A stretch of DNA of 64,000 bases from Asaia bogorensis (GTDB lineage Bacteria; Pseudomonadota; Alphaproteobacteria; CACIAM-22H2), in assembly GCA_945901855.1 (NCBI GenBank), contig CAMDLT010000020.1, positions 2,066 through 66,065 of the forward strand, given 5' to 3'. Positions 19,164 to 28,034 of the stretch are shown here, piece after piece. Position numbers and translations under genes: made by a program. The stretch's first letter is position 1. Each line of letters begins with the position of its first letter. The notes beneath the pieces are model-generated. The model ran no database searches and was not told the origin of the DNA. It was given only the letters and a program-made list of their open reading frames with translations.

Positions 19164-20468
19164 TTAGCTGCCCCAAGTCTCGGCGGTCGTCGAGGCGTAC
19201 CAGCCTTCGGCATAGTGGGCTTCCTGCAAGCGGAACTGTACGGCATTGGCGGGCGCACGCGGGCTCACGCCGCCGGCCCCTTGCACAGCGACGATGCCTT
19301 GGATTGTTGGACGATATACGTCTGCAACCGAAATTCCATAGTCCGGCGCGATCAGCGAGTAGCAGGTATTGGCAAAAACAGCTCCCGGCGTCGGCTGGCC
19401 GTTGAGAGCGGCGGCGATCGCTTTGGCGACGAACTTGCCTTGGCTGGAGGCGGCAAAACCGGATTTGGGCATCGCGCCTGCGATCGCCGCATCGCCGATG
19501 ACGTACACGTCTTTGGCGCGTGTCGATTCGAACGTGAAAGGATCGACCGGGCACCAGCCGGCCATTGCGCCCTCGGTGGCAGCGAGCCCAGCATCGCGCG
19601 CGATGCTGCCCGCATATTGCGGCGGTACGATATTGGCGACCGACGCCTTGTGAACCTCGCCGAACTCGGAGGTTAGCGTGAGTTCGGCGGGATCGACGCG
19701 CACGACCTTGCCGTCTTTGCCAAGCGGAACCCATTCGATCATGGCGCCGTATTGGCTTTGCCAGCCGTCCTGGAACAGGCCCTGTTTGGAGAACGCGTCC
19801 TTGGAGTCGAGCGCCAGGATCTTGGAGCGCGGTTTATTTTGTTTCAGATAGTGCGCCACCATCGCGATGCGCTCGTAAGGGCCGGGCGGGCACCTGAACG
19901 GGTTGTTGGGAATCGACATCACGAATGTGCCGCCGTCGGGCATCGCTTCCAACTGGCGACGCAGCAGCACGGTTTGGGTACCTGCCTGCCAGGCGTGTGG
20001 CATGCGCTCAACTGCGGATTGCGTGTACCCTTCGAGGGCACCGAAGCGGATATCGATGCCCGGCGAAAGTACGAGCCGGTCGTAGCGCACGACATTGCCG
20101 CCGCTGGTACGGACGGTTTTCGCGCTCGTATCGATAGCGACCGCGCTTTCGCGGATATGGCGCACGCCATGTTTGCCCGTCAGGGCCGCATAATTGTGCG
20201 TGATATCGGTCATCTGTTTGAAGCCCGATAGCACATAGTTGGAAAATGGGCAGGTCTGGAACTCTGATTTGGGCTCGATCAAGGTAACGGAGAGGCTTGG
20301 GTCTTCGAGGCGCAAAAATTTAGCGGTCGTGGCTCCGCCAAAGCCGCCGCCGACGACAACAACGCGCGCTTTGCCTGCCGGCTCCGATTGGATGGCGCAG
20401 GCCGACAGAGCCGTCGTGGCGAGTACGGAACCTGCAAAGGCGCGACGCGAGAGCATTAATTTGGCCAT
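19164..20468 (-). CDS. fccB: Flavocytochrome c sulfide dehydrogenase, flavoprotein subunit (FccB/SoxF family), Tat-exported.
   Basis: Tat motif SRRAFAGSVLATTALSA. FAD-binding VVVVGGGFGGATTAKFL. Family pattern throughout. The start is taken at the internal M (MAKLML). Confidence 0.8.
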   Translation of the reverse strand: MAKLMLSRRAFAGSVLATTALSACAIQSEPAGKARVVVVGGGFGGATTAKFLRLEDPSLSVTLIEPKSEFQTCPFSNYVLSGFKQMTDITHNYAALTGKHGVRHIRESAVAIDTSAKTVRTSGGNVVRYDRLVLSPGIDIRFGALEGYTQSAVERMPHAWQAGTQTVLLRRQLEAMPDGGTFVMSIPNNPFRCPPGPYERIAMVAHYLKQNKPRSKILALDSKDAFSKQGLFQDGWQSQYGAMIEWVPLGKDGKVVRVDPAELTLTSEFGEVHKASVANIVPPQYAGSIARDAGLAATEGAMAGWCPVDPFTFESTRAKDVYVIGDAAIAGAMPKSGFAASSQGKFVAKAIAAALNGQPTPGAVFANTCYSLIAPDYGISVADVYRPTIQGIVAVQGAGGVSPRAPANAVQFRLQEAHYAEGWYASTTAETWGS

Positions 20469-20482
20469 TTGATTGTCTCCCC

Positions 20483-20803
20483 TCAGCGCCACTTTGCGGC
20501 GATTTCGCGCGCCATGGCTGCAATTTCGTCGTCGCCAAAACCCTTGGCATGGCGATTCATGATTGTGCCCATGCGCCGGTCATTTTTGAAATCGAGCATC
20601 GCTTGGCGCAACGTCGCTTCGTCCTGACCCGCGAGGGCAGGGATGGCGCCTGTTGACCGGCCATTTTGGCCATGGCAGCCCGAACAAGTGGCAATCAACA
20701 CATCGGGCGCAACGGACGATGCGGTTTGAGCAGCGGCCGGGAGCGCGAGGTTCGAGCCAGTCAAAGCGACAAAAAGCGTTGCAATTTTGAGCGCGTGTTT
20801 CAT
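20483..20803 (-). CDS. fccA: Monoheme cytochrome c; likely the small subunit partner of the sulfide dehydrogenase (FccA/SoxE-like).
   Basis: 106 aa with a signal peptide and a single CSGCH heme-binding motif. It sits immediately upstream of, and co-oriented with, fccB. Confidence 0.7.
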   Translation of the reverse strand: MKHALKIATLFVALTGSNLALPAAAQTASSVAPDVLIATCSGCHGQNGRSTGAIPALAGQDEATLRQAMLDFKNDRRMGTIMNRHAKGFGDDEIAAMAREIAAKWR

Positions 20804-20878
20804 GGGGGGACCCTATCGCATTGGTTTTGTTATTGGGTAAAAGGGTACACTATGCCGACATTGCAGGGCAAGTACGCC

Positions 20879-21385
20879 TTAACTGAACCATTCGACCAGC
20901 CAAAAACCCAAACCTGCATAGCTTCCGTTTGCCACGAGCGCGCCTGCGATCAAAAGCAAAATTCCATCGACAGGGTGTTTAGAAAAACTTAACCGGACGA
21001 AATACACGACCAGGGCAAGCGCCAAGGCTGCCGGCGTCGCAAGCGCCATCGCAACGCCGTTTGGAATTGGCGCTGCGCCGAATGCAGCGCAAAATCCGAG
21101 GACCAGGGCAACCCATAGCGGCCGCAGGCGCCGTGGCCCGAATGCGCCAGTTGCGAGCAGCCCTGCACCGGCCAAGCACATTCCCGCTGCCAGCGTGATC
21201 CAGCCGGACGCTCGCGGCCAGTGCGCGCCGACAGTATCGAGAACGACAAAGGCTGCGCCGAAGCCAAAGGCAAGTGTCCCTGCAGTAACGGCCAATCGTC
21301 GGCTGCCTTGCGGATCAAGCGCCTGCAAGATCAAAAAAAAGAGCGGAACAAGTGGCAACGAGATTATGCCGAAATGCATCGACAA
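20879..21385 (-). CDS. Hypothetical integral membrane protein.
   Basis: 168 aa, about 5 predicted TM helices, no recognisable motif. Upstream of and co-oriented with fccAB. Confidence 0.45.
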   Translation of the reverse strand: MSMHFGIISLPLVPLFFLILQALDPQGSRRLAVTAGTLAFGFGAAFVVLDTVGAHWPRASGWITLAAGMCLAGAGLLATGAFGPRRLRPLWVALVLGFCAAFGAAPIPNGVAMALATPAALALALVVYFVRLSFSKHPVDGILLLIAGALVANGSYAGLGFWLVEWFS

Positions 21386-21496
21386 GCACTAGCCGGTGCC
21401 AGCGCAGGGCGCAAGACCGGTTCCGCGCGTTGACGGGTTGCCTGCGCAATGCCAGTGTCGCAACGTCAGTTTTTTGCTCACGAAGGGAGTCTTGAA

Positions 21497-22519
21497 ATGA
21501 TTAGAGTTGCACATTTGGCCGTGGCCGCGGCTTCGTTTGCGATGTTCGCGTCGAGTGCGGTTGCACAAGCGCCGACACCCGTCAAATTTGCGCTCGATTG
21601 GGCTCTTCAGGGCAACCATGCGGTTTTCACGATGGCGCTCGACAAAGGCCACTATAGCCGCGAAGGGCTCGCCGTTACGATGGATCGCGGCTTCGGTTCG
21701 GGCGATACGGTTACCAAGGTCGCGTCCGGGGCCTACGATATCGGTTATGCCGACCTCAACACCGTCATTCCGTTCAATGCCAATCCCGCCAATACGAACA
21801 AGATTACAGGCGTGCTGTTGGTGATGGACCAGTCGCTGGCCGCCGTCATTCTGCGCAAAGGCACGGTTGCCAATCCCAAAGGGCTCGAGGGGCTGAAGCT
21901 TGCGGCACCCGAAGCCGATGCCGGGCGCATGCTGTTTCCGGCATTTGCGCGCGCGCAGGGCATCGATCCCGCGCGCATCAATTGGCAGACCGTTACGCCG
22001 CAATTGCGCGAAACGCTGCTCGTCCAGCGCCAGGTCGATGGCGTGACCGGGTTCATCTCCACCAGCGTGTTCAACATCAAGATGGCGGGCGTGCAGCCGT
22101 CGGATCTGATGGTCTATCGCTACAACGATTTTGGCGTCGATCTGCTGGGCTCGGCGCTGATCGTCAGCCAATCCTTCGCCGAGCGCAATCCCGAGACGGT
22201 TCGCCGTTTTGTGCGCGCGTCGCTTGCGGGTGTCCGCGACGCGTTGGCCGACCCAAAAGGCGGCATGGCGCAGTTGAAGCAGCGCGACCCGCTGTTCAAT
22301 GAAGCCATTGAACTCGAGCGCTTCGAAATGGTGCGCGATCTGACGATGCTGACCGACAACGTGAAGCGCAATGGTCTGTCGGCCGTGCCGGCCGCGCGCT
22401 TGGCGGCGTCGGTGGCCACGGTCGCGGAAGCCTACAACGTCGCGGGCCGCGTCAAGCCGGAAGAGGTCTATACCGAGCGTTTCTTGCCGTCGGCGCCCGA
22501 ACGTCGCATCTCACCCTGA
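21497..22519 (+). CDS. NMT1/THI5-like (nitrate/sulfonate/bicarbonate-type) periplasmic substrate-binding protein; orphan.
   Basis: Signal peptide MIRVAHLAVAAASFAMFASSAVAQA. An SsuA/TauA-like fold pattern. No permease or ATPase genes adjacent. Confidence 0.65.
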   Translation: MIRVAHLAVAAASFAMFASSAVAQAPTPVKFALDWALQGNHAVFTMALDKGHYSREGLAVTMDRGFGSGDTVTKVASGAYDIGYADLNTVIPFNANPANTNKITGVLLVMDQSLAAVILRKGTVANPKGLEGLKLAAPEADAGRMLFPAFARAQGIDPARINWQTVTPQLRETLLVQRQVDGVTGFISTSVFNIKMAGVQPSDLMVYRYNDFGVDLLGSALIVSQSFAERNPETVRRFVRASLAGVRDALADPKGGMAQLKQRDPLFNEAIELERFEMVRDLTMLTDNVKRNGLSAVPAARLAASVATVAEAYNVAGRVKPEEVYTERFLPSAPERRISP

Positions 22520-22645
22520 TCGGTTGGGCGGTTCCCCAAGATACTGCCGGATCGAACTGTTGTAACCCTGCGGCGTCGCAAGTGCGGCGATGTCGCAGGG
22601 TTCGAGCGGACCAGTCGCCGCCGCCGTAGATAGCTGCCGCATATT

Positions 22646-23749
22646 TCACGTGCGTGCGGCAAGTGCCTTGAAGGCGGGAACGAATGCGCCGTGTTCGAGA
22701 TACTTCATCCCGAACAAGCCGCCGCAGACGATCGATCCAAACGCCAGCAGCGAGCCCAGCGCCAGCGTGGAGAGGCCGGTGACGCCTTGGCCAATCGTGC
22801 AGCCAAGGGCCAGTACGCCGCCCGTTCCCATCAAGGCTGCACCCGCCAGATGGCGCAGCATATCGTCGGTACCGGCAAAACTCTCGATCCGAAATTCGCG
22901 TGCCGTCTTGGCGGCGACAAATGCGCCGAACACGACACCAAATACGCTAGCCACGCCAAACCCGATTTTGGCCCCGGTCCAGGTCATCAGATAGATTAGC
23001 GTATCGCCGATCGGCGCGACAAAGGTGAACGAGGCAAGGGGTGACGGTTCGAAATCGTCGTTGCCCGCAATGCCGGTCGCGTACCAGCCCGCGACAGTCA
23101 GCAGACCGATGCCGATTCCGGCCGCAATGTTGCGCGGGCTCTTGCAAAAACTTGAATCCTTGAAGCAAACCCAAGCGAGGAAGGCGATGACAAGAACGCT
23201 TGCCGTGCGTTGTGCAAATTGAGTTTCCAGGCCGGTCGCGGTTACGATCAGCGCGGGCAAGAGTTGGGTCTGGGCACCCAGCGTTCGGAGATCGAGATTG
23301 GTCGGCTCGATCGTCGCAATTCGGCCCGCCGCGATCAAACCGCGTAAGGTCATGTAGGCGAAGAGCCCGAGCACGATCATCACCAGCAGACTTTTGAGAT
23401 TCCCCGCCCCCAATCGGACGAGCGTCTTGCTGCCGCAACCGCCTGCCAGCGTCATGCCGAAGCCGAACATGAGGCCGCCGACAATGGCGCCAAGCCAGCC
23501 GAAATTCGGCGTGGCATAGATCGTCTTGCCAAGATCGACAAGGCCAAGGGCGCCGAACGTTTGCGTGCCTGCGACGGCGACGGCGATCGCCAGCAGCCAG
23601 GCACGAAAGCGCCTGAAATCTCCCAAGAGGGCGATGTCGGAAATTGCGCCCATGGTGCAGAAGTTTGTCCGATGGGCAAGAACGCCAAACCCGATCCCGA
23701 GCCCGAAGCCCCACATCGCAACAATTTGGTGGACAGGAAGGTCGGACAT
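22646..23749 (-). CDS. yeeE: YeeE/YedE-family inner-membrane transporter (TsuA-like thiosulfate/sulfur-compound transporter); two-repeat form.
   Basis: 367 aa. Two repeats each carry the conserved Cys motif (TLAGGCGSK and ALGCTIGQG). Polytopic. Confidence 0.8.
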   Translation of the reverse strand: MSDLPVHQIVAMWGFGLGIGFGVLAHRTNFCTMGAISDIALLGDFRRFRAWLLAIAVAVAGTQTFGALGLVDLGKTIYATPNFGWLGAIVGGLMFGFGMTLAGGCGSKTLVRLGAGNLKSLLVMIVLGLFAYMTLRGLIAAGRIATIEPTNLDLRTLGAQTQLLPALIVTATGLETQFAQRTASVLVIAFLAWVCFKDSSFCKSPRNIAAGIGIGLLTVAGWYATGIAGNDDFEPSPLASFTFVAPIGDTLIYLMTWTGAKIGFGVASVFGVVFGAFVAAKTAREFRIESFAGTDDMLRHLAGAALMGTGGVLALGCTIGQGVTGLSTLALGSLLAFGSIVCGGLFGMKYLEHGAFVPAFKALAART

Positions 23750-23875
23750 TTGGGGTTTTCCAGCTTGGGTTCGACGGGTCTTTAGAAAAGCTCAGGGGTA
23801 TCCTGAAAATGTAGCGCTTGCTTGGTCGAGGGCTCAACTCGTAGGGTCTGCTCCTTCAACAAGGATGCATCACAT

Positions 23876-24103
23876 ATGTCGGTTACCGTTCTCGATCTCA
23901 AGGGTCTCAATTGTCCGCTGCCGGTTTTGCGGACGAAAAAAGCGATGGCGAGCCTGCCTGCGGGCGCGGCGCTGCAAGTGCTGGCAACAGACCCTGGCGC
24001 CGTCAAGGATTTTGAAGCCCTGTGCCTGACGATCGGTGCTAAACTTTCGAATGTCGCTGAACAGGACGGCGTCTACGTGTTCGATATTCAAAAGAGCGCC
24101 TGA
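23876..24103 (+). CDS. tusA: TusA-like sulfur-carrier protein.
   Basis: 75 aa. LDLKGLNCPLPVLRTKKAM is the canonical CPxP TusA motif. Divergent from yeeE. Confidence 0.75.
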   Translation: MSVTVLDLKGLNCPLPVLRTKKAMASLPAGAALQVLATDPGAVKDFEALCLTIGAKLSNVAEQDGVYVFDIQKSA

Positions 24104-24117
24104 AACCGGTTCGTGGA

Positions 24118-25020
24118 TTGATCGACAGGAAATCGCACAACGAAGGCATCTGGTTGCTCGCTGCGTTGGCGCTCCTTTGGGGCGCCAATTGGCCTGCGAT
24201 GAAACTTGCCGTTGGCGAGATCGGCCCGTGGACCTTTCGTACAATTTGTCTTTATGTCGGCGCTGGCGGCCTATTTGCCGTGGCGCTTGTCCGACGCATT
24301 CCCATGGGATTGCCGCGGGGGCGTATCGCGGTTTTTGCCGCGACGTCGTTTTTGAACGTGACGGTGTGGCATGTGACATCGGCTTATGGCCTTACGTTGC
24401 TCGCGGCAGGGCGCGCTGTTTTGGTGGCATTCACAATGCCGCTTTGGGCCGCCTTGTTCGGCGCGTTGTTCTTCGGCGACAAGTTTACACAGCGCAAGGT
24501 CGTGGCCTTGAGCTTGGGGCTCGTGGGGTTAGGTTTTTTGGCGCTGCCCGCAAGCGATACGCTGGGCAGTTCGCCTGCCGGACTGGGGCTGATGCTGGCG
24601 GCTGCGGTCGGCTGGGGCGCGGGAACCGTGTGGCTCAAGGCCTCGCGCTTTGAAATGTCGGCCGTGACGCTGACTGCCTGGCAACTGGCCCTCGGCGGCG
24701 TACCGGTCATCGTTGGCATGCTGGCGCTCGAGGTTGCGGGTATCGGCGGCGGAACCGTGCTTAAAAACGACTCTCCGTCGCTGGCGGGCTTGGTTGGTTT
24801 GATCTATGCCGCGACTGTGCCCATGGTTTTCTGCAATTGGGCATGGTTCCGGGCACTGGAGATTTTGCCGGCGTCTCTGGCCTCGATCGGCACGCTGGCG
24901 GTCCCGGTCGTCGGCGTTCTGGCGTCGGCGCTGTTGCTGGGGGAGACGGTCGGCTGGTCGGAAATGATGGCGCTTGTGTGCGTCGTTGCAGCCCTTGCTT
25001 TGGCGTTGCTGCAGTTCTGA
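24118..25020 (+). CDS. DMT-superfamily (EamA-type) transporter.
   Basis: 300 aa, 10 TM helices, two EamA repeats. Confidence 0.7.
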   Translation: MIDRKSHNEGIWLLAALALLWGANWPAMKLAVGEIGPWTFRTICLYVGAGGLFAVALVRRIPMGLPRGRIAVFAATSFLNVTVWHVTSAYGLTLLAAGRAVLVAFTMPLWAALFGALFFGDKFTQRKVVALSLGLVGLGFLALPASDTLGSSPAGLGLMLAAAVGWGAGTVWLKASRFEMSAVTLTAWQLALGGVPVIVGMLALEVAGIGGGTVLKNDSPSLAGLVGLIYAATVPMVFCNWAWFRALEILPASLASIGTLAVPVVGVLASALLLGETVGWSEMMALVCVVAALALALLQF

Positions 25021-25022
25021 CC

Positions 25023-25631
25023 TTAGTCGGCGACCACGGCAGCTTTGCGGGCGGCTTTCCGGGTTTGGTGCCGATGCACGAGGAAAACCAAGCCCGTTGA
25101 AACCACGAAGACGCCCAACATGACATAGAGGAAGGAATGGACGATATCGCCGATCATGGCGTCGAGCGCGCGTCCAAACAGATAACCGAAACCCGCAAAC
25201 GTGGATGCCCAGACGAATGCCGCGACGAAATTGAGGGCGGCAAATCGCAGCGGGTTGATGCGCGCGACGCCCATCGCAAATGACGCAAGGTTCCGTACGC
25301 CATAAATGAACCGGAACGACAGGATGAACCACGTATCGTAGCGCTTGAGCAGGTCGAGTGCGCCGTCAACGCCCGCGCGCCATTTGGGACGCTTTTCGAG
25401 CAGAGCGCTGCCGTATCGCCGACCGATCCAGAACCACATTTGGTCGCCGGAGAAACTTCCGAACCAAGCCGTGAGCAGCAAAACCCAAATATTCAGCGTA
25501 TCTTGGGCGGCAGCCGCACCGGCAAAAATGACGAAGGTTTCGCCTTCCAAAAACGTCCAAACAAAAATTACCGCGTAAATCAGGACGCCGTATTGTGCAA
25601 CGAGGCTTTGAACATCGGTCGAGGGTTCCAA
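25023..25631 (-). CDS. DedA/SNARE-associated family membrane protein.
   Basis: 202 aa with the DedA-like pattern (...FLEGETFVIFAG...GSALLEKRPKW...). Confidence 0.65.
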   Translation of the reverse strand: MEPSTDVQSLVAQYGVLIYAVIFVWTFLEGETFVIFAGAAAAQDTLNIWVLLLTAWFGSFSGDQMWFWIGRRYGSALLEKRPKWRAGVDGALDLLKRYDTWFILSFRFIYGVRNLASFAMGVARINPLRFAALNFVAAFVWASTFAGFGYLFGRALDAMIGDIVHSFLYVMLGVFVVSTGLVFLVHRHQTRKAARKAAVVAD

Positions 25632-25745
25632 GCGACTGTCCTTACATCGAGATTGTCGGTCGTTTTTATGCTACAAATGGGCTATGACGCTATCATGTTC
25701 CGGTCTCGAAAAAAGATGCACGAACGCGATTTTCGGAGATTTGCG

Positions 25746-25994
25746 ATGAACGGTTATTCGGTTTTTGTTGCAATAGTGGCGCTTGGCTTGGGTATCGGAA
25801 TAGGTGCGCCGCCCGCACTGGCGGCCGACGATCCGCGCTCCAACAATGCGCCGCCAAAGGTCAATAAAGAGGCCGAAGAGCTCAATACCCGCAATCCGCG
25901 CGTGTTTCATGCGGGTCCCGGAAAGCCAATGGCAGGTGGAGTATGGGTTGCGCCGTCAAGCATACCCAAGAAACCCGCGGCTGACGCCAAATAA
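25746..25994 (+). CDS. Small secreted hypothetical protein.
   Basis: 82 aa. Signal peptide MNGYSVFVAIVALGLGIGIGAPPALAADD. Start chosen downstream of the dedA overlap. Low confidence. Confidence 0.35.
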   Translation: MNGYSVFVAIVALGLGIGIGAPPALAADDPRSNNAPPKVNKEAEELNTRNPRVFHAGPGKPMAGGVWVAPSSIPKKPAADAK

Positions 25995-25999
25995 TAGGC

Positions 26000-26413
26000 T
26001 TACGGCGAAGATTTAACCGGTACGGCGCTGAATGCAGGCGCCTCGGAGCACTCGGTCACGCCGCCCAGCGTGCGGATGCATCGATAGCGCGCATTGGGAT
26101 CGATTTTGGCGACCGGAAACTCGGGTTCGTTGAAGCGCGCCATTTGTTCGCAGATCAGACGTCGGTCGCCGGTTAAGAACATACCGTCGCAGCGTCCCGG
26201 CAAAAAATTCGGTCCGACTAAAATCGCGGCGCCAACCACGCCCGGCGTCACGATGCTTTGCACGTAAGGGGCAGCAAACGTGCTGACTTTGTCAGGTACC
26301 TTCGATAGCGGAGGGCTGCCGTGAACCGAAGGCAGTTTGGTGCAAGCCGCCGCGAATAGGGCAGCGCCAGCGACTAAACAAACGATCCGAATGGAGCGAT
26401 TTATCTTCAACAT
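26000..26413 (-). CDS. Secreted protein / possible lipoprotein, unknown function.
   Basis: 137 aa. N-terminus MLKINRSIRIVCLVAGAALFAAAC with a Cys after the hydrophobic stretch (weak lipobox). Preceded by a very AT-rich upstream region (26414-26466). Confidence 0.5.
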   Translation of the reverse strand: MLKINRSIRIVCLVAGAALFAAACTKLPSVHGSPPLSKVPDKVSTFAAPYVQSIVTPGVVGAAILVGPNFLPGRCDGMFLTGDRRLICEQMARFNEPEFPVAKIDPNARYRCIRTLGGVTECSEAPAFSAVPVKSSP

Positions 26414-26466
26414 TTCTAAAATTTATCCCAAATATATTAATGAATGATGAACATACGCTTGAGATT

Positions 26467-27246
26467 TCAAGATTCCCGTCGATAATCATCCAAATCTCTG
26501 AAGAATCTGGAAAAAGCCGATGCCGGTGTCACACCGGTAGCAGCCTCGAAGCGCACAACTTCTTGGAGCGTAAGCCGCTTCACGGGGGCAAAAAGCGTAT
26601 CGAAGATCGCCAAGAAATCGCTTTTGGCGAACTGAGCAACATCGAGACCATCGCCGATTTGGACATATTTGTTGGGGGCAAGGCCGATCGATGTCTGCTT
26701 GTGCTGCATGATGCGAAAGAACCATTCGCGGCGCGTGTCGAAGCGCTGGAACGATTGCGCAATCCGCACGAGCGTCAACCAGAAAATCGTCTGGGCGCGC
26801 GGATCCGAATAAAACGCGTCCCAACCAAAATCGTCGCCGCCTTTGTCGCGCGTTTCCTCCAGCACTTGCGCACAGGCGGCGTTCCATTCGCCTTCTCTCT
26901 CGCCGACCAATGCCTGGACGAAGAAAAAGAAATTGTGGAGCAGACTGCGGTCGAGCTGCGCGGACGCAAAAAAATCGTCAAGCGGATGCACGATCAAACG
27001 GCCGAACGCATTGACGCGACGATGCTGGTTCTGCGACTGGGCAATTGCCGCAACGATTTGGACGAAGACGGCGCGGTAGAAATTTTCGACTTCGCCGGCG
27101 TTTTTCATCGCATCGCCGATACGCGCGAGCTCGTCGTGGCCGACAGTACCGCCGTTTTTTGCGGCGGTTTCCTGGGCGGTCTTCACGAATGCGTCGAGCA
27201 TCGTGGTTGCCGCATGTCGGATCAGTTGGGGGCCTTTTGAAAACAT
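26467..27246 (-). CDS. Hypothetical protein, 259 aa, Trp/Phe-rich, no recognisable domain.
   Basis: I chose the minus strand over the codon-aligned plus-strand ORF 26440..27240 because the plus-strand translation is Arg/Glu-skewed in the way antisense shadows typically are. The strand call is uncertain. Confidence 0.45.
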   Translation of the reverse strand: MFSKGPQLIRHAATTMLDAFVKTAQETAAKNGGTVGHDELARIGDAMKNAGEVENFYRAVFVQIVAAIAQSQNQHRRVNAFGRLIVHPLDDFFASAQLDRSLLHNFFFFVQALVGEREGEWNAACAQVLEETRDKGGDDFGWDAFYSDPRAQTIFWLTLVRIAQSFQRFDTRREWFFRIMQHKQTSIGLAPNKYVQIGDGLDVAQFAKSDFLAIFDTLFAPVKRLTLQEVVRFEAATGVTPASAFSRFFRDLDDYRRES

Positions 27247-27351
27247 TCGGACAAGTCTAGACCACTTGGCGCCTCGGGGGGAAATGCTGCGAGGCTTCTA
27301 TCGGACGGATTTCTTGGCTAACATAAGGTTATCTCGGACGAGGATCAAAAA

Positions 27352-28026
27352 ATGTTGGAAATCAAACCAGTCGAAACGTCGGGTGGAATCGCTGTTCTGG
27401 ATGTCGGCGGCGACAAAGCGGGCCAAGCGACTCTTATTTGGGCCGACGACAATTTCTGCGAGGCGTTCGAAGGCGCGACCGTCGGCGCCGCCCCGTTCGG
27501 TGCGGACGCTGACCCGCAAGTGACGGCGGCCTTGGAGGGGTTGAAGCAGGGGGCTGTGGCACGTTTCGATGCGCCGACGGGCACGCTGTTTGGGCATCGT
27601 CTGGAAAGCGCCATCGGCATTGTCGGGCTGGGCGGCAAGCGTGTGCTGCTGGCGCTGGCAACCGCCCCGCAGATGCTGGGCCACACGGCCGATGCGCGTC
27701 TGGCCGAAACGCTCGACGCCGTGCCGGTCGCCGCGAGCATGATCAAAACGAGCGACGGGACGATTTTGTGGCTCAACGAAAATTTTCGGGAGTTGCTGGA
27801 CGGCAGCGAGTTCGATCTTCTGGGAACGTCGTTGGCCGACCATTTTGTGCTGCCCGGCGTATTTGCAACGCTGATGTCGGCAACAGACGCGATTGCGCCC
27901 TCCACGCCTGTCCCAACGCCCCTAAAGACGCTGTCCGGCATCATGACGCCGGTCGTTGCGACTGCAAAACGTATACGGTTTCGCGGTCACGACGCGGCGC
28001 TGGTGTGCCTGGCCAGCGGGTTTTAG
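27352..28026 (+). CDS. Stand-alone PAS-domain protein (two PAS-like halves, no output domain).
   Basis: 224 aa. The second half (ASMIKTSDGTILWLNENFRELLDGSEFDLLGTSLADHF) has the PAS-core pattern. The first half is more weakly PAS-like. No TM segment and no kinase, GGDEF or HTH domain. Confidence 0.5.
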   Translation: MLEIKPVETSGGIAVLDVGGDKAGQATLIWADDNFCEAFEGATVGAAPFGADADPQVTAALEGLKQGAVARFDAPTGTLFGHRLESAIGIVGLGGKRVLLALATAPQMLGHTADARLAETLDAVPVAASMIKTSDGTILWLNENFRELLDGSEFDLLGTSLADHFVLPGVFATLMSATDAIAPSTPVPTPLKTLSGIMTPVVATAKRIRFRGHDAALVCLASGF

Positions 28027-28034
28027 CGCGGGTT

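Noticed and set aside
26440-27240. Plus-strand 266-aa ORF codon-aligned antisense to 26467..27246
   Set aside because: Provisionally rejected in favour of the minus-strand frame on amino-acid composition. Kept as an open question in the findings because third-position GC does not discriminate.
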